Of a DNA stretch of 64,000 nt, positions 23,579-34,150 are shown piece by piece; positions within the stretch are counted from its first letter, which is position 1; the number at the start of each line of letters is the position of its first letter. The stretch spans positions 1,984,001-2,048,000 of the forward strand of contig NIVC01000001.1 in NCBI GenBank assembly GCA_002269645.1, read 5' to 3'. A program made the position numbers and the translations under genes. The notes beneath the pieces were generated by a model, which saw only the letters and a program-made list of their open reading frames with translations, was not told where the DNA came from and did not search any database. The stretch is from Macrostomum lignano. Lineage: Eukaryota.

Positions 23579-23923
23579 TTATTGCTGCTGCTGTTGCCCA
23601 CCGGACTTGGCCGCCGCCTTTCCCTCGCAAGCAACAATCTTGACCTTGTCCACTCTGACAGTCTCAGAGACCTCTTTGAACTCGCAGTCCTTCAGCACGA
23701 AGGTCCAGACATTGTCACAGAATCTGTAGGTGCTCAGGCCGCCTTTGAAACTGACTCTGGTCTTGACGCGGCTAGCCAAAGCCGTGTTAATGCACTGGTC
23801 GAATGTTTTTAGCACGAGCAGCGCCTGCTCACCATTCATGAGGCCATCGCGGACCAGCTCATCCAGTGAGTCTTGAAGTGTCAATCCCAGCGTGGTGTTT
23901 CGGTACAGCTGATGGAAAGCCAT
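23579..23923 (-). CDS. GTF2A2: Transcription initiation factor IIA gamma (small) subunit, 114 aa, intronless CDS
   Basis: [24 protein letters not shown]...[14 protein letters not shown]...[15 protein letters not shown]...[12 protein letters not shown] is the canonical TFIIA-gamma sequence. Confidence 0.97.
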   Translation of the reverse strand: MAFHQLYRNTTLGLTLQDSLDELVRDGLMNGEQALLVLKTFDQCINTALASRVKTRVSFKGGLSTYRFCDNVWTFVLKDCEFKEVSETVRVDKVKIVACEGKAAAKSGGQQQQQ

Positions 23924-25985
23924 GACAGTTTTTTGCTGCAGAGAAAAAATGAGCACCAATGTAAATTAAAGTATTTAGAAGTATTAGTCTTGTTTCGATT
24001 GTTAAATTATAAAGATACTTTTAAACAGTTACAAGTCAATGCCTAAGTCATACTAATATTATATTAAGACCCTAAAATATGTCCCAGTGTCCTATATTTT
24101 ATACCATCTATTTTCATATATAATAGAATCATGCCTATATATTTAATTTAATGACATAATATAAGCTTTTGATATAAATAAAACTATATAAAGCTTTAAA
24201 GTAGTCATAAATACCCCAATTACCCTAGCTAAATATATTTACTTAGCTGCAGGGCGGTCCAAAGACGCAGCGAGGAGGCGAGCGTCCCCATTCCGCTATA
24301 GCTAAATATATTCTAGACTAGCTAAGTTACTGTGACATACATCTATAATGTTGATTTCTATTTTATAGCTACTAAACTGAAGCAAGATACAGTTTTACTT
24401 AATGATAAAAATTGTCCCAGTGGGATTAAGAATCAAATCTCCAGCACTCAAGTGCAAGTTTACTGCTCTAACCACTAACCATCTAGCTATAATACCATAT
24501 AGCCTGTGGGCCCACACATGGGGCACCAGGCCCCCACTTGCTGACCTGCTGCTCAGCCTGCCTTGTGGGAGACTCTGCTGGGGCCAGGCGGCCTGCACCA
24601 CTCTGACTGACACCTTTCTCACTGACTTGCAGGCTCTGGGTCTTACTTGCAGTCTCAGTCTGCAGCTAGGCTGGACTCAGTTGTTTTCCACCAATAGATG
24701 CTTTGCTGACCCCTGAGCCAGCATCTATTTAATAATAATAACAATATAATAATCCCATATAGTCTATAGGGTTTTTATCTTTGTCACTTAACTAAAATAA
24801 AAATTCAAGTAATAAACTGTTTTCCAATAACTTGTTAATTAAGAGCTTGTTTTAAAAAAGCAGCATTTTCATAGAATTAACATACATTTTGTTAATAAAA
24901 ATATTGAAGAAGCATTTTTAGTCTATATATTAGGTAAGTTTTGTTACTATCATTGATACTTTGATCAAAATGAATCAATGTACCTGAAAGAATTTAATGT
25001 TGTTTCAAAAATAATTTATTTTCATGACAATGAAAAAGACTATAGCTTAAAATATAGAAAATGGCTTTTATAATTAATGTTTATATTTTATAATTTTTTT
25101 AAATATATAGAATATATTAAATATATACTTAAATATATTAAATATATACTCTATGTAATAAAACTTCAAAAGCTTGGCAATCTTCAAAAATCATTTGCTA
25201 AACTCTAATTTGCACAAAAATTCATTTTTAATGACAAAACAAGAAACAAACTAATAAACTATGAACAAGAAGTTAAGTTTGAGTTAAATCTAATAACTAA
25301 TAACTCTAATACTCTAATAAATAGTAAGAGTTTCGAGTAAACATTATTGAAGAATTGTTTTTTGAGTTATTCATTTGCAGAAAAGAAGTGAAATGGCAGA
25401 GAACATATACAGTATATACTACTGGGAAATAGAAGTAGTAGGAGACAAAGTAAATCCTAAGCATATAGAGGTATTAGAGGCTGTGACCCTCTGATCTTGG
25501 TAACACTCAGGACTGGAAATACATAAAATATATATATACCAGTAGACCAATATACCACTCAGGCCAAATGCTATGCTAGAACGCTACCAGAATAACAGTA
25601 AATGCTACCAGAATAACAGAAGAACAATTCTTGTAAGGGCTAAATAGTATTCTAAGAATAATTCATAGAAAAATACTTAAACTAATGCTTAGATAAAATA
25701 CTAAGACAAATACTTGGATATATACTCAGACTAAATATAGGAAACATTTCTTAGACTTATTCTAAGATTAATAAACTTATAATTTATTAATAGAACAGTC
25801 TTGGTAGTAGCTACGAACATTAGGACATCTAATATAGAAAGAGGTATAGCCTTAGTACAACTCGGTAACAGCTTTAGGACAAAATTTATAAACACAAAAG
25901 TAAAGCCCTATTACAACTTTAGTAATAAAGAAAAGAAGGGAAAGAGGGAGCCCTGCAACATATACATATAAGTTGCTATATGCTT

Positions 25986-26236
25986 AAAATATTCATATGA
26001 CTTATCATCTTGTTTAATGGCCAATATAAATAGCTAAATAAACTGATAGCAAACTATAGCAAACTACTATATATATTATAGTATAATATAACATAGTATA
26101 TAGTGTACTATACAAGTTTTATAGTATATATATTATAGTATATACTATATATATAGTAGTTTGCTATAGTTTGCTATCAGGTTATTTAGCTATTTATATT
26201 GGCCATTAAACAAGATAATAGTCACATGAATATTTT
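25986..26236. mobile_element. AT-rich foldback element with ~90-bp inverted arms
   Basis: cttgtttaatggccaatataaatagctaaataaactgatagcaaactatagcaaactactat is mirrored by atagtagtttgctatagtttgctatcaggttatttagctatttatattggccattaaacaag. Confidence 0.85.
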
Positions 26237-26547
26237 ATATATATTTATATATATATATATACTATATATAGTAGTATGGTAAGTCACTATATATATATAG
26301 TCAATATATATATATATGGTAAGTCACTTGCAATTAGGTCTATTTAGGGGTAACAGTGCTTAATCTAATATATATTACTAAATATATTTTATGGATATAT
26401 CTTGTGCCAGAATTCTTTGAGAGGCAACTCATAGAATGCAGTACTTATACTATGCATTATATAGAAGCAAGCTTTGAGATAAACCTATGTGCCTTTTAAT
26501 AAGATTTATATAAATTGTTTCATCTTGCAAGTTCACAAAGTGTAGAC

Positions 26548-27337
26548 GGCTCATTCCATATAAGCATGGTCGTAACATGACAGGCTATTTTTACTTATAA
26601 AATGAAATATAATAATAGAATATACTAAACCAATATTTTAAATGAAAGATAATTTTGTCAAAAATATTTTTATAGAGTTTCATGTAGATATCATCATTAG
26701 TATAGATGCTATTAAACCTTGAATGGCACTTATGGTCGTAACAACAGGATTTTTGACATATAGAAACTAAAAGGTAAAAGTCTTATAACATTTTTATTTT
26801 TGATATTTTGCAATACATTTTTTAAAATTTGACTAAGAACGTCTTTAGTAATCATACTCTATTTGTAGAATATATAAACTCAAAAAGGCAACAAAGATAC
26901 AAAAGAAAAGGCAGCCTTATGGTCGTAACATTATGGTCGTAACATATTTTTTTCTGTCAATTCAGTAACTTTGAGGTACCAATATATTAAAAATATAATA
27001 GATTATTTGGTCACCAATACTTTTATCTGATGATGCAAGTACTATACTTTTATCTATAGTTTGTTTCAACCTTCCAAAGCTTTCTATTTGTTTTTAAAAG
27101 GTACACAAACTTAATGATGTCTTTTGCTTAGAAAAATGTCTAAATTTTTACAAAAATGACTTTTTGCCACTTGATAGCATACTAATCTAACATTTTATCA
27201 TTCATTTATTCTTAGATTGTAGATATTACACATAAAAAACATTTGGTAAAAAAATTGGCTGATAAGGCAATGGCAAGCAAAAATATTTCAAACTTTTTTC
27301 TATTTTCCGAAAATGTCCATCTTATATGGAATGAGCC
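26548..27337. mobile_element. Non-autonomous DNA transposon with 17-bp perfect TIRs and a 4-bp flanking direct repeat (AGAC)
   Basis: ggctcattccatataag (26548-26564) and cttatatggaatgagcc (27321-27337). agac flanks both sides. Four internal [t/c]atggtcgtaaca motifs. Confidence 0.75.
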
Positions 27338-28189
27338 AGACAATGATTTACAATATTAGGCCTATAATACTATAGTATAGGACTATATAATAATAAGATA
27401 AGAAATCTAGCAAAAAATCAATAGCAAGAATTTAAAGCTTCTTTGTGCCTTTTCTTTAGTTTACTATAGGGCCTAGTTGTATAGATATTCATTTTTTTAT
27501 TTTTTGCCTTTGTTTTGACTATGTTATATGCAGCTTTTTATCCAATAAATATCATTTCTATACTTTTTATTATAGTTGGTACAAATTTAGCATCTATTTA
27601 AATTAAATAAATGATTCTTAAAGATTGTTAATGCCAATGGGTTATATTGATTAAAAACCTATATTTTAAATATAAGACAGGCATTAATAATAGCCCTAAT
27701 ACTTTTAAATTTTGCTCGTTTTATGTTTGCCTTTCTTAGCAAAACCTTCATTCAAATCCGCGCAAAATATATATTTGTTTGAATGATATAATTTGCAAAA
27801 ATATTTATGCGATTATTATTTTGTTTAAACTATAATGAATTTTGGATATAAATAGACGCGCTGAGTAGACTTAAGGAAGCAACCATTTGCTGCCTCTCAG
27901 TTTTCAATAAGCAAGCTTAGTTTGTTCTAAATATTGAAATCGCTTAAAGACTTAATCATTTCTTAGAGTAGAAGCCCCAAATTGGGAGTAATATTAAGAT
28001 CTGCTAAAAAGCAAGAATCGCCTCAAGGCAGGAGAACCGCTTCATAGCAAGGAAAAGTCGCCTCAGGGCAAGGAAAATTATAGAGCTATGATCCTCTGAT
28101 CCAGGGAACACCTAGGATTGAGAGATATAAGAGTAGACAGTGCCAATAGACCGCTCAAGCAAACGGTATAGTACATGTACAACCATTAC

Positions 28190-28345
28190 AATTAGATAAG
28201 TAGACGCTACCAATAGAATTAGATAAGTAAATACTACCAATAGAATTAGATAAGTAGACGCTACCAATAGAATTAGATAAGTAGATGCTACCAATAGAAT
28301 TAGATAAGTAGACGCTACCAATAGAAGTAGATAAGTAGACGCTAC
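28190..28345. repeat. 27-bp minisatellite, about 5-6 copies (agataagtagacgctaccaatagaatt)
   Basis: Directly visible; 9-aa period in the ORF track. Confidence 0.9.
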
Positions 28346-28369
28346 CAGTGAAAACAGTACACTTATACA

Positions 28370-28601
28370 CTGGGTTTTTTTTTTCGTCCATAACTTGGGT
28401 GCGATTTCGCACCCTGTGCTAGATTTCAGGGTGCGATTTTCAAGACCAGGATGCGCTGCACATCCATAACACTACATTTTGAAATCCACATCACATCCTT
28501 ACAAAAAATTCTGGTGCGCTTTTCACACCTTGAGTCAAATTTCAGGGTGCGATTTTTAAGACCAGGATGCTATTCGCACCCATTCACACAAAAAAACCCA
28601 G
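28370..28601. mobile_element. MITE with imperfect TIRs (ctgggttttttt...gggtgcga) and internal gggtgcgatttt repeats
   Basis: Left ctgggtttttttttcgtccataacttgggtgcgat vs reverse complement of right ctgggtttttttgtgtgaatgggtgcgaat. Confidence 0.55.
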
Positions 28602-29446
28602 CTTAGGCCTATACAAAGCTACATAAGTAGATAGACAGAAAGTTTAGCCCTGTAACAACTTAGTGACAGCTTGTAGGATATTCAATAAACACTAGCACAA
28701 TTTGGTGGCAGTAAGTAAGATCAACAAAAGAATAATTAAGAGCCCTGGGACAGCTTTTGGTGGCATAGTGAAACTATTATTAGAGACAGAAGTAACCCCT
28801 AGGACAGTTCTAATAGGTTTAGGCAATCCACTAAACTAAAATGTTTTCTTGTCTAAAGTTTTGCTTTTGTTATCACTACTAGCTCTTGGCACACACATAG
28901 TCAGTCATATGCTAGTAAGCTAGGCTAGGGTAGCTAGGCCTAGTCTAGCTTTAGATTAAGATTATAAGTCTGTTTAATGTAGAACATTTTTGTTGACTAG
29001 GCCTAGTAAATTGACTTGTTGACGAGTTAATAGGCCCACAAGATAGACCTACAAGAAACTACTTCAGTCGCAGTTAGTTTTAGTATGCAGTGCTTTGTGT
29101 TGTGTTTTAAAGTTACCATGTCTATTTCCATTTTTAATTCCAGGATAATGACCGGATCTTCGATTCTCGGTCAAGTTCCGAAATTTAAATTATTTCATTC
29201 CGGATTGCCTCTAAATAGTTAGTGTATAAACAAAGTAAAAACATGTGTGCTCTAATTGCAACTGAACATTTAATAAAAAAACCATTTCCATTGCAATAAA
29301 TATTTAAATTTTATTCTTTTTTATGATAGTTTTAGATTTTATTGTAATTTTTTCGTCAGTCATTTTAGTGCGCATATGAAACTTATGTACGTATATGAAA
29401 TTCGAAGTCCTTTGAAAATACACTTGAAAATACACTAAGGCAAAGG

Positions 29447-29627
29447 CAGTGGCGCAACCAGGAAGGGCGGGGGCGGTCGCTCCTCTCTTATAGACAGAGA
29501 CCTAAAAAAATCAGAGGGGGGACCAAGCGAATTTTCGCCTAAAACAGAGCCATCCCTCCGCCCCCCTTCCCGGGACTTTACCCTCCAGAATCCGCCCCAC
29601 CTCAAAAAATTTCTGGTTGCGCTACTG
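29447..29627. mobile_element. 181-bp MITE with 15-bp TIRs (CAGT[G/A]GCGCAACCAG)
   Basis: cagtggcgcaaccag ... ctggttgcgctactg (one mismatch). No clear TSD. Confidence 0.75.
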
Positions 29628-30039
29628 AAAGAAAGTTTCCTTACACACCCTCTCTTCAATATAAATTTATAATTATATTATATTTCAATATAAAATTATA
29701 ATATGAGTTATATATTTATAATTATATAATTTTACTTACATGTATATATAATTATATAATTAAGAAAAAAATATTTTTTTTATCACTATCTTTGAAAATG
29801 TAACCTCATAAGAATAAAATATAAACATAAAAGTCATGCTCAAATGTCTTTTGCTCAGCCAAACTGTCACTCTATAATGATGGTATTAAATATTTACACG
29901 TAGATGAACTTGTTTTAGTTTTTAGTTACTCCTAAGACTAGAAAAAAATTACCTGGGACTATATGAAGTATAACTTGTTTCAACAAATTGTTTTGCTTAA
30001 AAGAATAAAAAATATGTACACTGTAAAAGTTAGCTCATA

Positions 30040-31020
30040 ACAACAACAACAACAACAACAACAACAAATGCAGCCCTGCAATCAAAGTCATAGAGCAGGG
30101 TGCGTCAGATGGCGCGCCGCAGAGCCTGAGAGCGGACGAAGTTCGCCCCGTTGGCAGTGTCGGGCGCCCTGGCGTCGCGTAGGAGGCAGCCCACGTATCG
30201 ACAGGTTTGGGCCTGACCCCGCCTGAGCGGGCCAGCTGCAGAGTGAGCAGCAGGACGTCCTGAACAGGTTGGGGGTAGTAGCCCTCGGCCCGGATCACGT
30301 GTGGCCCGCCAGTTGAAGTCGCCGCCGGCGCTGGATGGTGGACGGGCGCTGCAGCTTGGCCCGATCGTACAGGGCCTCGGTCCCGACGCTCTCGTCAGCT
30401 CGAAAGGCCTTATATGGAGCAGCCCTGAGTGCGCCGAGTCCAGCTGCCGCTCTAAGCGTAGCCGTCAGTGTTCACGTCTCGGCGTTGTGGAGTACACCGC
30501 CTGCCACAGCCGACGAGCCCTCTGGCGGTCGGGCAGCGCTTCGGACTGGACATCGGCCCGGATCGAACGGAAGGCCGCCCAGGCAAGTCCTCGGCGCCGC
30601 CGGATCGAGGTCTTCGTCCACGTGAGTCACCAGACCGCCGAGTAGGTGAACCGCTGGTAGCGTGCGCGCGAGCGTGGTCATCTGCCCGTCTGCGAGGCGA
30701 CATGTCAGGTCCGCTGGGATGTCGGCCGGCACATTCAGCACCTCGGTCTTCAGCGTGTGGACAACCAGTCCGACGCTCAATGCCACCTTGACCAACCTGT
30801 CGATCTGGCGCTGGACGAGGACAGGGATGGCGAGTTCGTCGGCGTAGCCAAGCAAATAAATAATTAAGGCGCTTTTCGCCGTGGCGGCGACCGATGCGTC
30901 TGCGCAGCGCAGGAAGCCGTCGTTAGCCGAGGAGACTGCGGTCCGAAGCACCCAGTGGAGTGGCAGCAGCACGAAGAGAAACGGCGCCAAAGTGTCGCCC
31001 TGCAGAACTACTAATGAAGT
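30040..31020 (-). mobile_element. 5'-truncated, frameshifted non-LTR retrotransposon (RTE-like RT) with a (TTG)n tail
   Basis: VLQGDTLAPFLFVL and YADE (for YADD) motifs. The minus-strand 3' end runs into (ttg)n at about 30045-30067. Confidence 0.85.
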
Positions 31021-31619
31021 GTCGAACTGATGATGATTTACATGTATGTAATCGCCCCACTAAGTGAACCGTCTTCTCATGGAGGAAGGAACAGATCCTA
31101 TGACTATAGGGGGTTTTCCCGCCCATGCATTATTGATAACTTTTTGGTAGTGCTATATATTAGAGACGGGGTAAGGACCCAAATGTGCCCCATCGATAGC
31201 TAAGGTGCAATAAATATTGATCATCGGGTTATTGCATGACCCACTGGCTGCTACCACTCTGTAACCTGGCGAACCTGGATCTACGGTATGACCAGACCTG
31301 GCGAGGCCGGAGCCCCGCCTGTGATGGGTATCAAGGGTTCGAGCTAGCGGGGAGCAGCATGCAGCCAAATAGCTAATAGGAATCTGCTTGGGCACAAATC
31401 GGGAACTATGGGATCATACTGACGGATTTTTATCTGGGGATCCTTTTAAGGCTGTGATGACATACGGTTCAGATTGCAAAAAGTACATGTAGTGTATAGA
31501 GAACACGTAGAAAAGCTATACATGTACATCTAGTTTGGATTGATCAATGGGTTCGGGCCTGGATCCACATATATAAGGTTTTCCTCTCCACATGGAGCAC
31601 CAGACCGTTGGTTTGATGA

Positions 31620-31830
31620 ACCACTGCTGGCAGCGTGCGTCTGCGCCGTGGCATGTCAGGTCCGCTGGATACGTCAGCAGACACAGTCAGCATCTCGGTC
31701 TTCAATATACTGACAACGCTTGAACCCATCTCTCTGTGCTTTCAACAGACGAGGAAAAGATGTCGAGGTTGCCAGCGTTGCCAAACAAGCTCAGGTGTTT
31801 TTTGCCGCCGTGGCGAACGATGCGTCTCCA
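31620..31830 (-). mobile_element. Second, more decayed fragment of the same RTE-like RT region
   Basis: Aligns by eye to 30655-30900, sharing catgtcaggtccgctgg, tcagca[c/t]ctcggtcttca and gccgtggcg..cgatgcgtct. Confidence 0.7.
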
Positions 31831-34039
31831 CAAAAGATAAAAAAGCACGAAGAAATCTCTCCATTTCAGCATTCGGGGTGTGCTATGAAGCTTGTTGAAA
31901 AATTGAAAATATATTTTTGGTGTAAGGTCTACTTAGATGTTATTATATAGTAATTGCAAAAATTCTTTTAGTTTAATTTTAAAAGGTTTTCCTTGCTGTA
32001 GTATAAATTTGATTTTTTGTTAATTTAGTTTCGTGGTACTGAACGGGAACCGAAAATCCGGTCATAAATCTATTAAGCAGTTTTACAGGAGTACAGGAGC
32101 TCCGCCGTCATTGGGAGACGGGATCGTGTTTAAAAAAGCTTGGTAATAGCTACAAACCGAAGATAAACACTGCTTAGGGCGTCAGTCGGAAGTTTGTTAC
32201 ACCAACCAGATGACTTTTCAGCGGGGTTTACCTATGCAGCTGTGATTGCTGTGATTTTGAAAAAATAAACGATTTAATGTAGATGATTTATAGGCACATT
32301 AGGCAGTCTACTAATAGTAATAATACTTGTACGTGTACGTTGTACATACAGTAAGTCCGACGGTCAATAAGCTTGCTATCGAGTAAATATGCACCAATTG
32401 GACCTTACTTCTGCGTAATGTTGTACTTAGCAGATATTAATTAAATTATAATACACTACAGTACGGAAAGCGCAGACTCGACAAACATGTACATATACAT
32501 ACATACATAGGTCCCCCAAGGACAGTTAGGAATTTACAGAGAGTCTGGGCAGAATAAAATTCAGTCGGTTAGACCATGCCCGGAGCAACAATAGAAACTG
32601 CAGTCGGATGGCTTCTGAGAGAAAAAGCCCCAGTTCAAAAGAGCCTCAGGGTCGGTCACGTGATGAGCTATTCAAAGTCGCTGCCATGACTCCTGATCCT
32701 CTGATTGGTCTCCGGTCTTCCTGGCGTCACAGGACTGTTGCTAAAAATGGAACATTATACTTTTATGATGGGTTTCGGCCTTTTCGGCTCCTTTGTGGAA
32801 GCCTTCGGGCCTCAGGTCTCAGAAATTAATCCATTAGAGTTCTGGCCCCCACTCCTGTCAGATGGTCAGCCCCATGGTAGCTTGATCGTGTGGCGAGCAG
32901 TCTAGGTCCTATAGCTAAGAGAGGGACAGCGAGAGACAAGCAGGGAGAATTTTGAACGTAGAGATTAGCCAATTCGCAGATTAGCTAACCCGCTGCCACC
33001 AGCCCGTGCGCCCTGGCTCACCAAACCGGAACTTTCGAAATCGGGCTTCCGACTAGAGGGGGCTTAGCACTTACCTGCCAACTAGTGTCTTTTTGCTGTC
33101 AATCTCGAAGTCATAGCCGATGATAAGGGACACTGCTGGGACTTGATCGCATTGGCCATGCAGGCACAGAGGGGACTTGTGCAGGGGATTCTTGCAGTGG
33201 CGAGACTATGGAGTAGCTACATGTACTATTACATAGCTAAATACGAGGAATTGTACCTTTGGCCTTCAACGTGCCAACTATAGCCTCTCGTAGCGCTGAT
33301 GATAGGCTAACTCGAACATCGGAGACCGCATGATTCATTACCCGAGCCGCTTGGCGAACCTAGAGTGCACATAGTACATCTCTAGCGCCGATTTTGCACT
33401 ATTGGCAATTTTGCTCACTGATTTTGATAGATTGATCGACTGAAAACCGCCTTGCCATTGGTCCACTGTAACCGGCGCCTACTAGCTTAGCTACTCATCT
33501 GAGCCATCGGCGAACAAAGAAATAAAACCGATAAATAACTGTCAGATTCAACCTCCTCACTAAATCCCTTCACACTTCAGATTGGATTGGAGAATCGGAC
33601 TACTAACAGTATTATTGAATGATTTCTGCCTCAATAACAGCACTGTTGAACAAAATGAGCAAAAGTGTGCGCCTAATCCAGCTACTGAAACAGGGGACAG
33701 ATAGGGAATCACCCAATCAAGCAAGTCTAGGCAGCCTCTCACCCAACCAATCAGAAACTCAACAGCCGGAGACCAGGTAATCCACAGTGACCGAATCGGC
33801 TTAGTGCTTCGCAGCTGTAGGCCCGGGATGATGCTGATGTCACAATCTTCGCTGATAGCTAGCAGGTGATGTTCTTAATCTTGATGTTCGCTGCTGACGA
33901 CTGGCGGGATTCGTCCTTGATGATGATGGGGGGAGTCGCGATCCAGGGATCAAGAGACGACGGTCAAGCTCCGGGATGTCTAAGTTAGGCCAAAGTCCCA
34001 GGAGGCGGAGCAGGAGGTTGAGTCCGAGCGGGCCAAAAA

Positions 34040-34150
34040 CACCAGTTTAAATAGCCGCCAACTGGACCGCAATTTGTTATAATGGAACACCTCGATTCTG
34101 ATTGGCTGAGCCGATTTGTTATAACGCACGTCGAATTTTCTGATTGGCTG
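34040..34150 (-). promoter_or_regulatory. Candidate Pol II promoter: two CCAAT boxes plus a TATTTAAA box
   Basis: The minus strand has cagccaatcaga twice (about 34148 and 34105), followed by ctatttaaac at about 34050. No downstream gene was identified. Confidence 0.3.

Noticed and set aside
24415-24490. Degenerate tRNA/SINE-like head on the minus strand
   Set aside because: Too decayed to call confidently; the B-box is not intact.
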